From contig JARDVH010000059.1 in NCBI GenBank assembly GCA_030324005.1, positions 96,158,482-96,222,481 of the forward strand: a DNA stretch of 64,000 bases. Reading direction: 5' to 3'. Below the pieces are notes generated by a model, which saw only the letters and a list, made by a program, of their open reading frames with translations, was not told the origin of the DNA and made no database searches. A program made the position numbers and the translations under genes. This DNA is from Negaprion brevirostris. Taxonomy: Eukaryota. How positions within the stretch are numbered: the first letter of the stretch is position 1; every line of letters starts with the position of its first letter. Shown here piece by piece: positions 37,971-51,594 of the stretch.

Positions 37971-40900
37971 AAATTTTAAAAATAATTTTCATTAGCGGCT
38001 ATTAGGTAAGCAATAAAATTGGTTAATTTTATATTTTTCCTTAGCCCTTGGTGCTGGGCTCAATTGTAGAGCTCCAATTGCTAATGTGATGGTGGTAATT
38101 AGGACTGAGGGTTGATTATTTTGCTCTGTATGATTCAGTGTTACATTAGGAAGGTGCCTTCTTTCATTTGGAAGCTAAAGAAGCTCTACATAACATTTAA
38201 GATTGTTGGAAAGGACATTGGAATAGAATTAGCATAGACTAACTTGGATCACATCATGTGAACAGTGATGACCAAGCAGTTGGGAGAAGATATTGAATGC
38301 AGCTTAACTTGTCCCAAAGCATGAGGGTAATCACTGGAGTCCTGTGAATAGGTCAATTCTGCATCCATAACTGGAGGATTGTGATCTATGCAGAACATAT
38401 CATGAATTAAAGAAAAAAAAATGGTCACCTGGTAAAGTATAGATTTGAGTTCCAATAACATTGGAGCAAATAGGGAAGTTGTAAAAAATATAGATTGTGA
38501 AATGCTGATTCACCAGTTGAGATCATACTTGGTTTCTCAGCTGAGGAATGCTACAATGAAACCTTTGTTCACTTTCCAGTTGTCTGTCACTTGCTTTTTT
38601 TTTGTAACCTGACTGAAGTATGAATCAGTTTTGTAAATCCATTTCTACGTTAAAGTTAATCAGAATGGCAACCCTCTCTGAGGTCAGTGCTAGTTATAGT
38701 AGAGTATGGGGATTATAGAGAACTATTTCTGGCTGTTTCTGCAATGTGTGGTCTGGCAGTGCAATTAGTGCTGTTGAGAGACCAGCTGTGCCAGTATCCT
38801 GTACCCTCCTTCACTTCCCTTTCTTGGGTTAATAGTTTTTTTTAACACCCTACTCCTTTTAATGGCTCAGAGCAACTAATCTAATCCTCATCCATTTGCA
38901 TCGGCAATCATGTCTCCTCCACTCTTTTTGTAAAGAAAAACTGCTTCTGGAGACCATCAGTTGCTTATTGTTAGCAATGTGCACTCTGATATTTTGGGGG
39001 AGTGCATGTGATATATTTAAATGACTTTTTTGCACTGCTGCACATGTGCTGATTTCATGGGAGTCAACTACTGCACATCTAAGTTGCTGTGCAGAGGTAA
39101 CATGATATCTGTGAAACATACTTCTCTGAAAACTGTGGAGAGCCAAGCCCTTGAAGTGTTTCCCTAAACCCACCTGCCTTCCAACCTCTTTCACTTTTAA
39201 GGCTTCCCCCACCCCCTGCTCTTTAAACCCACATCTTCAACTAAATCTTTAATCGCCATTTATAGTCTACTTTTCCTGCTGCTAGTTTCATTTTTATCTG
39301 GTTACACCTTGGAGAATCATGGACAGTTTTCCGCAACAATAACTTGCATTTATGTAGCATCTTTGACGTGGTAAAACGTTCCAAAGCACTTCAAGAGTGT
39401 TTTCTAGCAAAGTTTTGAAACTGAGTCAAATGTGGGGGTATTGGGAGAGATGACAAAAAGCTTGGTCAAAGGTAAAGATTTTAAGGAGAATCTAATCGAG
39501 ATTTAGAATGGTTTTGGTAGAAAATTCTAGAATTTAAGGCCCAGGCAGTTGAAGGCATGACTGGTAATAGTTAAAGGTGCTCAAGAAGTGTTCGTTGTTC
39601 GACCAGTAAGTTTTTTATAGGTCTTCCTGCATTTGGAAAATCATCAGTGTATTTCAAGCATGTTGGACATTTGAGAGTTTATTTGAAATAAATTTCCCGA
39701 ATTAAAAATATAGATGAAGTCTACAATACACCATGTTGAACTCAAATAGAATTTGCAAAAGAAACAGGGCACTTGAAACAGGGTATTGGTCTGTGCTGGT
39801 GTTTATGTTCCACACGAGTCTCTGCCCACCACATTCCGCACAACTTTCTACCTGGAACAAAGAAGACAAGATAAATCAGGAACTAATAAGTTGATTCACT
39901 TTGGTTTTGGACTCTACTGCTTTTTAAAACTGCATTATATTAGAGTGTATTAAATTTAATGTTGTGTAAATAAAATGGCCAAGACTTGTAATGGTAACTT
40001 AAGTTTCATTTTTCAGTTGCACATCAGTTCTGCAGAAAAATGAAACTGACATGGAATAGGGTTTCTGAGTACTTTGTGGCTTTATTCTGCGCATTCTTGG
40101 AAGTGCGTGCCTTTTTGGTTCACTACGATCCAAACTCAAGTAATAAGTTTACATTAGGAATGTTGCTAAGTAGTATGTGTGGAGCATATAATGAATATGT
40201 CTGAATGCATTTCTAGCCAAGTCTTTCATACAAATCTTAGACAACCTTAATCAGCAACTGATTAAATGAATTTCACAAGCTCATTTAAGTTCAGAGCAAT
40301 TGAGCATTGGGTATGTTTGAATTTAGGTGATTGTAGTTTTCATTCTGAAATTTTCATATCCTTTTAACAGTTAAAATTTTGTGCTGTGAAATGAAGTGCA
40401 TGCAACATTTAAGCAGAGCACTATCTTTCTCTTACTTGTGAGCAAATGGGACTAGATATAAACTTTTCCATAAATCTAGAATTGATCACCGGCATTTATT
40501 CATAACAAAATATATCTAAACTTCTAAGTATTTATCTCAACTTCTACAGCATCCAGGTAAAAAGTACTGTACATGGAAAACTGCAAATGCTGAAATAAAG
40601 TAGAAAATTCAGAATAAATCAAGCAGCTTCTGTAAAAGAGAATAGTATTGTGGAATTTAAATTTGATAGGTAAATATGTTGCAGCTGAATTATGCTTTAG
40701 TATTCTTGCAACTGCACTTTTATTTAAATTCTCTGTTAGCGAGAAACTTGCAATTAGTCTCTACTCTGGCAGCAAATGCGTATCTGTTTTAAAAGGAAGA
40801 TGATTTCCTTTTAAGTGAATTACAAGGTGGTAATCTAATCGGGGGCTATATGTGGCCATAACACCAAAGTAGGTTTGCTGACCTCCTGATATTGGTTTAC

Positions 40901-41079
40901 AGCTTTAAGTACATATGAAGGTATTTCATCTGAATTTCAATTTTATTTTATCTGTTTGTTTTGATTGAGGTTTTCTATTTGCATTTTGAAACCAGCACTA
41001 TTTAACAGTGATGTTTATTTCTAGCTGGGTTTTGGCAGTATTTATGCTCACAGCAGTCTAACTTTTGATTAAAAGTTAT

Positions 41080-41350
41080 GACTCAGCGTGACACTGTGCT
41101 ACCATCCTTGCCTTTGAGTCAGGCTCAATTTTCATTTTATGACGTGAGACCCTGCAGTATTGATGGAGTTGGGTGAAACATCAAACTGAGAAATTGTTCA
41201 TGTGGGGCTTTTGTTTTGAGAAGCAGGAAGTTCTTGCATTTTGGCCAATGTTCCTCTCTTTCAACCTACCAGATCTTATTAATAGGTAATTCTTGCTGTG
41301 AGGAAGTCAGCTGTTGTCTGTACCTACAAAACAACAATTGACTATACTCT
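41080..41350 (+). mobile_element. Ancient DeuSINE/SacSINE1-like SINE remnant
   Basis: Head 'gactcagcgtg...ccttgccttttgagtcagg' and Deu-like 'ggccaatgttcctctct...ttgctgtgaggaag...gctgttg'. Recognised by eye only. Confidence 0.5.
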
Positions 41351-42639
41351 AGAAGTAACACAGCTTTTAGCTTGTTAACCTTTTTTTTCTGATTTACAGT
41401 GAAGAGCCACAAGATATTTTTCTACATTAAAGGTAAAAGCAAATTGCTGTTACTGCATGCAAGGTATTTTGGGGCAAGCTTTTATTCCATTAGAGCATTA
41501 TATGTGGGTGAAGGAGTGATGCTGTCTTTTTCCAACTGTTTTTAAAGCAAATTTGTGGTTACGATCCTGGAAATCAATGCCAAATTGACCTTTGCTTCTT
41601 TGCTTTAAGAGGGGACAATTGCCATAGCATATTTAAAGCTATGAGAAGATGGCCAGTACAGCATATGGGCAGGGTTATAAAAATTAGTAGTTTGACACAA
41701 ACGAATGTAGCATAAGAAATTAAACAAGTGAATTACAAGGTCAAATTTGGCTTAATGGGTGCACTATGGTAGCCATGACTGAGATTTGGGAAGAAGTTGG
41801 AAATAATTGGAGATTTAAGTTTACAGGCTATAGGACCTCAAGATACTGTAGGAAAATTGGAAATGAGAAGCAGCCCAAATAAGGGGTTTTAGAAAGTCAT
41901 CAGGTTGAGATGGAAGATCAACATGATTGATTTCTATTGAATTGAGGGGCATGTTCAAAGGATCAAATGCATATTCCTGCTCATAACTTTCATCAGTGTT
42001 TTCACTTACATAAAATTTAATAAACAGCAAAATGTGCAATATTTTGGTGGATCTGCAGACTATCTGACAACTGTGATATGGTGGCAGGATTGGGAATGGT
42101 GTTTGTAGAAGTGCCAAGAGAGCAGAGAGAGAGGATTGTTTACGCTACATGGTGGCCAGTGTGGTTATTGTGAGAGATTTTAATTCTTGCATATACTTGT
42201 ATAGACCACTTGCATAGGAAAATTGATGTTTTCTAGAACAATATGCTTTAGGACCAACAAAGGAACAGGTAAAGCTAGATTTGGTAACAAACCAGAATTG
42301 GTTAAAAATCTTAATATTTGGGAATGTTTGACCTCATTAAGTTTGAGAGTGAAGGAAAAAATCAAAAACTAAGTTTTACATTTAAGTAAGGAACATTTGG
42401 GAGCTGAAAAATCCATTGGTTACAGTAAACTAGGCTGAACTGATTTAAACCTTTGTAAGTATTTGGGGAACTCAGTTATAAAATCAATAATAGCAGAAGT
42501 TCCAATTATGTAGTTAAGTAATCATCAACAGGGGTAAGATGCATTATCAGAAAGGTTACACAAAGAGAAAATCCATGGACTTGCACAGTTATGGTTTTTT
42601 TTTTGAGTTACATGTATCTAACACCTTTTTCATGAGTTT

Positions 42640-43372
42640 TGGATGCCGCAAAGCACTTCACAGCCAATGGTATACTTCTAAATCACTCTTTTAATGTAAC
42701 AAAACTCAGCAGTACAGAGGCACTTAAAATTAGTCAAAGAAATTTAGAGAATAAGTATAAAACCAAGAAGATAATGGGAGGGAATTATGAGACTTAAAAT
42801 GCATAATGCTCTCAAGCCTGAATGTTTAAACACTAAAAAATGAAGAAATTGCTGCTAAAGCGTTATAGGTTTGGGATTTGTGCTGTTGGATTGAAGTAGA
42901 CAAATATCACCTCATTACTTAAGAGAGGAAATAGTGTGTAACTATAAACCTGCCAATTTAGCATCAGTTCTGGGAAGATACTGGAATCATCCTCAGACGG
43001 TGACTAAGCACCAGAACAAGTATCAGCTGGTCAGTGAGTCAGCATAGATTTTTGAATGGTAGTTCTTGATTTGCACACGATGAAGGCTCATGGAGCAGTG
43101 ATGCCTGATTAGATATGTTTGTGTCGAGGTATTTATTGGAGGAATCGAAGCAAAGTTCCCTGTTCTTTGGATGCCATTGTGTGATCAAGCTGTTAATTAT
43201 TTTGCCCTGACCAAAGAGGAGCAGATATCTTATCTAAAAGACAGTACCTCCTGGCTGTGCAGCACTCCCAAGTGTCACCCTTGATTACACGCGCAAGTCT
43301 CTGGAGTGACCTATCACATACGACCTTCTGAGTTGGGCAAGATTCCTATCACTGGGCTAATGCTGACACCTT
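42640..43372 (-). mobile_element. DeuSINE/SacSINE1-like SINE split by an inserted duplicate
   Basis: Tail 'caaagcacttcacagccaatg' at about 42648-42705 and body 'aaagacagtacctcc...gcagcactccc...caagtctctggagtg...ccttctgag' at 43065-43372. Confidence 0.6.
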
Positions 43373-43940
43373 GAGGGATAAAAAGAGAATCATAAAGTGA
43401 AACAAAGTAGTATGAAAAGAAATTACAAGGGAGGTCAAAGATGACTGAAAATCTATTAAAACAAAAAGTGGTAAAGAGGAATGTGGGTTCATTAATTGGA
43501 AATGCAGACTTCAGTATAATGAAAAATAATAAATTGTTAAACTAGTATTGTATAATGGTTTCATGGGAGAAGACAAATTATCAGCAGTACAGAGGCACTT
43601 AAAATTAGTCGAAGGAATTTAGTGGATAAGTATAAACCAAAGAAGATAATGGGAGAGAATAATGATTCATAAGATGGACAAATCTCTCAAACCTGAATGT
43701 TTAAACCTTAAAAAATGAAGAAATCGCTGCTAAAGCTTTATAGGTTTGGGATTTGTGCTGTTGGATTCAAGTAGGCAAATGTCACCCTTTACTTAAGAGA
43801 GGAAATAAAGTGTGTAACTATGATCCTGCCAATTTAGCATCAGTTCTGGGAAGATACTGGAATCATCCTCAGATGGTGACTAAACACCAGAACAAGTATC
43901 AGCTGGTCAGTGAGTCAGCATAGATTTTTGAATGGTAGTT
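42706..43940 (+). repeat. Direct repeat of ~360 bp: copies at 42706-43064 and 43581-43940
   Basis: Both copies begin tcagcagtacagaggcacttaaaattagtc and end gtcagcatagatttttgaatggtagtt. The sequence is decayed CR1 RT (NY.P..L.SVLGKILE; SQH.F). Confidence 0.93.
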
Positions 43941-45520
43941 TCTGTCAGATCCAGTTTAATCTTTGCAGAAGCCACAAATATGGTGGATAAGGAAGAATCT
44001 GAAAAAAATGGAAACTGCTGGAAAATCTCAGGTCTAACAGCATTTGTACAGAGAAATGGTTAATGTTTTGAGTCCAATATGACTTGTGCAAAATTGAAAT
44101 GTGATGGATTTTATGCTGTTCAAAAAGAAGGGAGGGTCATATGAAACAAAAGGAAGATCAGTGACAGAACAGAGGTCAGGGTAATAAAATACTAAAGATG
44201 TCATGGAATAAAAGACCAAGTGAGTGGTGATGTTAGCACAGAAGCAAAGCGTTGATCCCTACTCTGGACCAAAGGTCAGCGCTATCTGAAAGCACAAACA
44301 GAAGTTTATAGACTGGGACTTGATTGCCTTGCAGCAGTTATCAATAAAATAACTTGAGAACCTTAACTGGTTCAGCCCTGTAAGAAATGTAACTAAAAGA
44401 GGAACTAAATTGCCTTCTGTCTGTCCAAAGGCACAAGTAAGGCATGAGGTTGCATACTCTTCACTTGCCTGGATAAGTGCTGCTGCAACAACGCAAGCTT
44501 GGTACTAGCCAGGATAAAGCAGCTAGCTTGATTGGTACCCCATACACCAGATTAAGCATTCACTCCCTTGATCACTGGTGCACCTTGGCTGTGTACCATC
44601 TCTTGACTGCATTGCTTGCCAAGGTTTCATCGACAGCATCTCCCAAACATGGGGTCTCCAACAAGGGTAGCCATGGGGGCACCACCACCGACAAGCTCCT
44701 TTTCCTTGTTGCTCACCATTTGCATTTGGAAATTGTTGTTTTTGTTGCTTGGCTGAAATGCTGGTAATTCCCCTTTTAACAGCATTGTGGCTATACTTAC
44801 GCCACAGTCTTCTCGAAGGCTGTTGTGGTTAATAAATTATCTTGTCAATGATGCCTACACCTCAAAAATAGAAAAATGGTAAAATCCACACAATTTGGAG
44901 TATGCCTTGATGTGGATTGGTAATTGATTGGCAGGAACGTGACAGAACTACGATTAAAGGAAATGCCTTTGATTGCACATAGTGACATTTGATGTTATAA
45001 GAACATAAAACTTCCCTCTGATCTCTAGAATAGATTTCTTGCCATGTACATTAGTGAAGTTTTTATATCAATTTGTAAATGACACTAAGATATTTTACAA
45101 TGTGTAAACGGAAGCAATACATTACAAAGATACATGGAGAAAATAAATGGGCTAAACTGCAGCAAATGGGCAAAGTGCTTGGTCATCCACAATTTTAATT
45201 TGTGCTTTAAAAAAAATCAGTATTTTCTTGATGGAGGAGGAGGAGATTGTGTTCACGTACTCAATTCATGATGTGAAAAATAATTGACAGGGATAATGGA
45301 TTGGGCCTTTAATGACAAGGAAATTAGAATATTAATGAAAAACTGATGCTTCAGTCTAAAGAGCTTGAATAGACCCCATCTAGGGTGCAATGTTCAATTT
45401 GGGGCAGCACACCTCAACAGATGAAAAGCAGGTAAGTAGAATTGAGGTACTGATCAGTCATGATCTGTTGGAAGAAGATCGAGTAGCAGAATGCCCTATT
45501 TTTGTTTTATGTTCCTATCA
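43380..45520 (+). mobile_element. Old CR1 LINE fragmented by nested Penelope-like (about 44000-44400) and LINE (about 44420-44870) insertions
   Basis: CR1 RT motifs stop at 'gtggataagg' (about 43990) and resume at about 44880 ('tggattggtaattgattgg', WI.NW). The Penelope end 'ctgctggaaaatctcaggtctaacagcatttgtacagagaaatggttaatg' is at about 44015. Confidence 0.6.
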
Positions 45521-46525
45521 ATTTTTTGAGCTGCTTTTAATGTTTATTTGAAGTATAATGTGGTGATGGAGCGGACTTACAAAAATAAAACTAGGTGTGT
45601 TCAAATGCTAGCCAAACGTGACTGCGTATTCCTAAAACAAATGATTCTGCTTTTGTCATGTTATATATTCATACAGCACAGAGGCCTTCAGCCCATTGTG
45701 TCTGCATGGTGATAAACCTGGTTGAAATGGATAAGTTGGGCCCAAGGACCTGTTCCTGTGCTGTATTCGTCTATGATTCTTAGCACCTATCTATTCTCAT
45801 CTCTTTTCCAGCACTAAGTCCATAGCCTAGATCCACACTGGAATTTAAATGGGCAAATTGTGAAAACTGGTTGACTTTGACATGATTCTCTGTCGATTGA
45901 CTGTTAGAATGCTCAGAATGAGTGAATTTTCTTACATGTTAAGTACTTTGGTTCCTCTAAAACTCTGTCATGGCCCAGATTGAGAAAGAAATTGTGGTGC
46001 AGCTGACATGCACGAGTGTGATGACGTTTAGTGCATTTTTATTGTGTCAAACTGGGTAAACGTAACAAAGCCATTACTTGCTTTATATAAATCCAACACT
46101 TTTCTCCCTGCAGTGCTATAACGTGCCAATATTTTTGATACTGGTAATCCAGAATAGCTGTTAACCCAGCCACTGATTTTTTTTTTAATCATTTGGGAGC
46201 CTTATCTGTGATTTAGTAAAGTGAAATTTATTGAAGCCTTTGCATATTAATTCACTAACTCAAGTAGGGTAACCATCTGAATGCAGTGACTGTTCAGCTT
46301 CGTATGGTGATACTAACTTCATACTGCAAACTTACTGATACTTCTGTAAATGCTTTATTTAAAAATAGTATGATTCTTAGGCCAATGAATCATATCCTTA
46401 CGAATTCTCTGTAAAGCCAAGGACGTAGTAACTTTCAAACAGATGCAATTATGTAAATCAGACTAGATAAAGGGAGCCAAAGTTCAGTGTCATGGTATGT
46501 GGTTGTCATTGTGATGCCTCCATAA

Positions 46526-46822
46526 AGTAAAATTTATTTATTGGTATTACAAGTATTCTTACGTTAACACTGCAATGGGTTTACTGTGGAAAATCCCCTA
46601 GTCACCACACTTCGGTGCCTGTTTGGGTACACTGAGGGAGACTTTAGCATGACCAATTCACCTAAACTGTACATCTCGAGTATGGGAGGAAACCAGAGCG
46701 CTCAACCCACGCAGGCATGGAGAACGTGCAAACTGCACAAAGACAATGATCAAACTGGGAATCGAACCAGGGTCCCTGGTGAGGCAGAAGTACCACTGTA
46801 TTGCAGGGCTGTGCCACCATGC
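46526..46822 (-). mobile_element. HE1-related SINE (non-CR1 tail variant)
   Basis: Tail 'aaagtaaaatttatttattggtattacaagt...ttaacactgcaatg' as in the copies at 4292 and 16297, with a tRNA head at the right end. Confidence 0.8.
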
Positions 46823-49800
46823 TAGCCATTACATGCAATAGTTTCTATTTGGTTTTTCCTCTTTGGTCCTGATTTTTCATTGCTATGCATTTTGATCCAT
46901 TTCTAGATTTTAAAATCAGTGATTGGCAAGAGTTATTCATAATTTTTAATTTTAAAAATATTAAATGGAAAGGGTCATTGCTTTATTACAGGGGGAGGAG
47001 AAGAAACAACTCACGGGATTTTGGCACCCCAATAGTCAAACAGTATGGCATCGTGATCTCTCTTATCTATGACTTTTCGCTAGTATTGTTTTTAGCTGCT
47101 TGTCTCTGACTGGGTAGGTAAGCATAGAACAAAACAAGGGTTGACCCAACAAGCTGGGCAAGAGGCTTTGGTCAAGAGTGCTTGACCATGNNNNNNNNNN
47201 NNNNNNNNNNNNNNNNNNNNNNNNNNNNNNNCCAAGAATGTTGTTTATGATTGTTTCAGTGCTGTGACAAGAACAGAAGCAAATGGAAGAGCTGTGGACT
47301 CAGACTTGGCAGGTGATAACTTCCCAGCCTTTTGAGGAGTAAAGGAAGGTTGGGAGATGTGGGGTAGTTTGCAAGGGTTGAAGGTTTTTTTGAGTACGAT
47401 GAAAAGGAACCATTTACAATATTACTGTTTATCGGGAACAAGAATGGGAGTTGGCAATCACAAGTTTAGTGAGGTGAAAATCAAAGGACTTGGAAGACAT
47501 GGGAAGATGGGACTGAAGTTACAACACTGGTGTTTTTATGGCTTATGGTGGGGCAGATTTGAAAGATGGGGAAGCAGGAGAGACAGCCGAACAGATGGTC
47601 ACCGCCGTAGTGCCGAATTACTTTCCTCATCCATGTCAGTTTGCTATTTTGTGGTTATTGTATGGATCATGAGGAATTCTCCTGATGATTTTTCAATATG
47701 CCCTCTCATTCAACCAATTAAACACCCACAGTTGAACCACAATTTTAGGCATCACAACTAACAATCTTTCCCTTATGGCAAAATTACACGCACGCAACTT
47801 TATCTTTGGGGGGTGGGAGGAAGAAATGCTAACTTTCACGGACTGGGAAGATTTAAATTTGTACTGGATTGTGCAATTCCCCCTTGGGGTCCTCGTTGTT
47901 GCTGTACTGAGCAACTGCAAGGCTAGCCAATGTAAACAAAAAGAAAAGTATTTAGTAATAAGAATGACTGAGTAATTGGTGGAATCTTAATTTCTTTTCC
48001 ATGGCTTTTAACATGTCTAGTTGGTTCAGGGCTGTTCACTTTCAAATTTCTACAAGTCTGCTTTGCAAATAGGAATTCTGATCAGGCAAATGTAACAATC
48101 TACTTTAAGCAATTAGTTGGAAAACCAATACAATTTTCTCCAAGTGGGAATTTTGCTTAATGGTTAGAATGTGCAGTGTTTGTCCTGCATTAAGAATGAC
48201 ATCCAACTATTTTGTTTAATCATAATTTTGTTCATAGTCAATGTTAATTATAGGCTGGGAATTTGTATTCCACTGCAAAGTGACTGAAGAAAGCTTGTGA
48301 TGGAATTCTGCTCATCTAGATCTACTGGTGTGGATTTTATCATTCCCAATAATTTAATTCTAGTACATAGAGGAGCATTGGCCCCAAGAAAAATTGTCAC
48401 TGACACTTTTATAGTTTACAGACAGCCAACTAAAGATTTGAATGCTTATATGGGATTAATGTAGAAGTTGAAATATCATAAGCTTAAATCCATGATTTTT
48501 TAATTTAATAATTATAATGGAGAAATTTGTTTGACAAATATAAAATAGACTTTTAGGGTCAGAAACTGTCCCCAAGTACTATGCTATTAAAAACCCAATG
48601 ACCTTAACTTAACAAGATGTAACTTTTCAAGGATTTTCACAAAATTAATAGTGTAGAAGTGGAAGTGTTTGCTGAGACTTCTATTTTTGAGGACTTCCAG
48701 CAGCTTCTCTGTGAAGGCAGGGGGAAACATAACACAACTTCTGTTTGGTTGTGCTTATGCATGCCAGGTGTTACTGTCAGTTTTGTGAGAGTAATGACGG
48801 TAAATGCTGATGTTCAGTCATTATTATGGCAAGGTCCAGGATGCAATGTTTAACCTCACTGTAACCATGCTGTTCTGTGGTCTGAATGTGAATGAATCAC
48901 CAATGGTTAGGTGTATGTAAGAAAAGACGAATGGATTATTAAAGGTGGCACATCTAATAACTGGTATAAAGTCTTGTGACAGCTCACTAATGTTGGCCTG
49001 TTGAGAGAGATTCAGCAATGATCTACACTGCTGGCCTGGTGGAATGGTGAATGTGCTCCACAGTGTTTGTGCTGTGCATTCTGCTTTCTTGTGCAGGAAG
49101 TCTATTTGTTTAAGAAACTTTCTGTTGAACTGTTACATTTATGGTTTCAACAAACATTTTTGACAGTTAATGGTTCTGTGGTATTTTGAGCCCTATGTTA
49201 CTTTGCTTTACCTTCATTTCAGTTACTGCTTCCGATTATTTTAGTTCCTTGGCAATTAATCTGGGGTGTGTGCAAAGTTCCTGTCTCAATTCTAGTTCAA
49301 AGCATTCTGTATGTGGAGGGATGAGCACTGTATTGCTGGTTTTAAGTCACCCATGTCTGTCTTGTAAACTTCATTAAATACCAGAAGAATTGTGTATTTT
49401 GAATGTTTTCATTTTCTGTGTGCACATATATGTATATAGCTGTCAGTGGAGGCTTGGATAATCTCTGTGGGTTGTGTAGTCTTGTTGAAAAAAGTAGGAT
49501 TTATAAAGCTGTTTACATATTTCTGATATGTATAAAGTTTGAATCAGCTTTAAATGCTTAAGGGCAAAAGGAAGTCTGGAGAAGACTCAAAGTTGATGCT
49601 CATAATAAGTGGGGTGTGTGTCTTATTCCCTTCCTGTGTACTCTGCAACATTTTCAGTATGGATAAGCAAGTGATCCGTTCGTGCACTTTTCACAATGCT
49701 TTTTCAAGCGAACCTGCACCAGGCTGGCTAATTCCCTCACATTCTTTACCCTCTCACTTTCCTGTGAGGAAATGTTTCACCTTCTGCTTGGTACCACCCC

Positions 49801-50148
49801 ATACCACGGTTGAGATTTCTATCTCAGCAAATTTGGGGGTCCACAATGCAAAGTGCCTATTTTTTCAGTAATTGACATCGTTATATCAGGGAGATGTTTT
49901 TGTTTTAGGTTTGAAGTTTGAGATAAACCAGAATTGCCTATCGCAGCTAAAGTTCCTTTTCCTTTTGTTTAGAAAATTATTGATCATGATTTAAAAATGC
50001 GATTTTTTTTTTTCTACATACTTTTGTGTTCTAATTTTTAAACTAGTGTTTGTTAGCTTCCTAATATGTTGATGTACATATTTCCATGAATGTTTTTAAA
50101 AGCATATCAAACAAAAGTTAGTGACCAGCAATGCCAGAAGTGACTTAT

Positions 50149-50486
50149 GGGTGGCACGGTAGCACAGTGGTTAGCACTGTTGCTTCACAGCTCCAGGGTC
50201 CTGGGTTTGATTCCCGGCTCGGGTCACTGTCTGTGTGGAGTTTGCATGTTCTCCTCGTGTCTGCGTGGGTTTCCTCCAGGTACTGTGGTTTCGTCCCGCA
50301 GTTCAAAGATGTGAGGGTTAGGTTGATTGGCCATGCCCCTTAGTGTCTAGGGATGCATAGGTTAGAGAGATTAGTGGGTAGAATAATGTAGGGATATGGG
50401 GGTAGGGCCTGGGTGGATTGTGTTTGGTGCAAACTCGATGGGCCGAAGGGCCTCTTTCTGCACTGTAGGGTTCTATGATTCTATGA
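50149..50486 (+). mobile_element. HE1 SINE, full length
   Basis: gggtggcacggtagcacagtggttagcactg...gggtttgattcccggc, with (ttctatga)n tail. Confidence 0.92.
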
Positions 50487-50679
50487 AGTTATAAATGGTG
50501 GTATCGTGATTGACTTCTGTGGTAACACAAACGGTTACTGCCATCGCCAGACATAGCCAGTTGCCTGTAATATGCGTGGGTAGTGAAAGGAGTGAGAACG
50601 TTCGGCTCAGTTTTAACTTTCAGAGTTACTTACAGTGGGGGATATTATATGGCTTGATTGGAATAGGTATAATATTTTT

Positions 50680-50995
50680 ACAGAGCTCGACATGGTAAAT
50701 GCAGAACCAGGGGACACAAACTCAGGATGAGGGGCAGACCATTTAGCACTGAGATGAGAAAGAACCTCTTCACTCAGAGAGTGGTGAATCTTTGGAATTC
50801 TCTGTCCCAATGGGCTGTGGAAGCTCAATCCTTGAATATATTCAAGACTCAGATCAATAGTTTTCATTAAAAACGTCAAGGGATATGGGAGTAGTGCAGG
50901 AAAATGGGTTCAAGTAGAGATCAGCCGTGGTCACATTGAATGGCGGAGTGTGCTCAATGGGCTGAATGACCTACTCCTGCTCCAATTTCTTACCC
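50680..50995 (+). mobile_element. CR1 LINE 3' end
   Basis: 'gaaccagggggacac...gagatgagaaagaacctcttcactcagagagtggtgaatctttggaattc' (TRGH...FTQRVVNLWNSL) and 3' UTR. Confidence 0.82.
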
Positions 50996-51167
50996 CTGCT
51001 GGAGTCAGCAGCAGAATCTGTAAAGGCTCTCGTGTAAAGTGGTAAATGGGCAGACAAAATTAGAGACNNNNNNNNNNNNNNNNNNNNNNNNNNNNNNNNN
51101 NNNNNNNNNNNNNNNNNNNNNNNNNNNNNNNNNNNNNNNNNNNNNNNNNNNNNNNNNNNNNNNNNNN

Positions 51168-51395
51168 GCTCTGGTTTCCTCCCACAGTCCAAAGATGTGT
51201 GGGTTAGGTTGATTGGCCATGCTAAGAAGTTGCCCCTTAGTGTCTAGGGATGCATAGGCTAGAGGGATTAGTGGGCATAGTATGTAGGGATATCAGGGTA
51301 GGGCCTGGGTGGGATTGTGTTTGGTGCAGACTCGATGGGCCGAAGGGCCTCTTTCTGCACTGTAGGTTTCTATATGATATTATGATTCTATGATT
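51168..51395 (+). mobile_element. HE1 SINE 3' portion (5' part lies in the N gap)
   Basis: Nearly identical to 50270-50486, with tail 'tatgattctatgatt'. Confidence 0.88.
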
Positions 51396-51459
51396 ATATT
51401 GAAGCACAGTGTATAATATATGGCTGAAAAATTTAATAGTTTCCTGTTTTCTTTTACAG

Positions 51460-51594
51460 AAATTTCAGGAACTTTTTTTTCTAATAAACTGCCCTGTGAT
51501 AGCCCATTTGATGAATATCATGGATTAGCACGTGGAATATCTCAAATTTGCAGCCAATTTTCAGGACTGGAACCTCAAGGAGGGTGCAAGAGAA
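51460..51594 (+). other. RNF19A: 5' UTR portion of RNF19A first coding exon
   Basis: Polypyrimidine tract and acceptor 'tttcctgttttcttttacag|a' ending at 51459. An in-frame TAG at 51526-51528 lies upstream of the ATG at 51595. Confidence 0.7.

Noticed and set aside
50149-50225. tRNA-like sequences with A/B boxes (also at 16297 and other sites)
   Set aside because: They continue into the SINE core and tail, so they are SINE heads, not tRNA genes.
51532-51594. ORF-track start of RNF19A at 51532
   Set aside because: The codon is GTG. The first in-frame ATG after the upstream TAG is 51595, which matches the conserved MSLHR.
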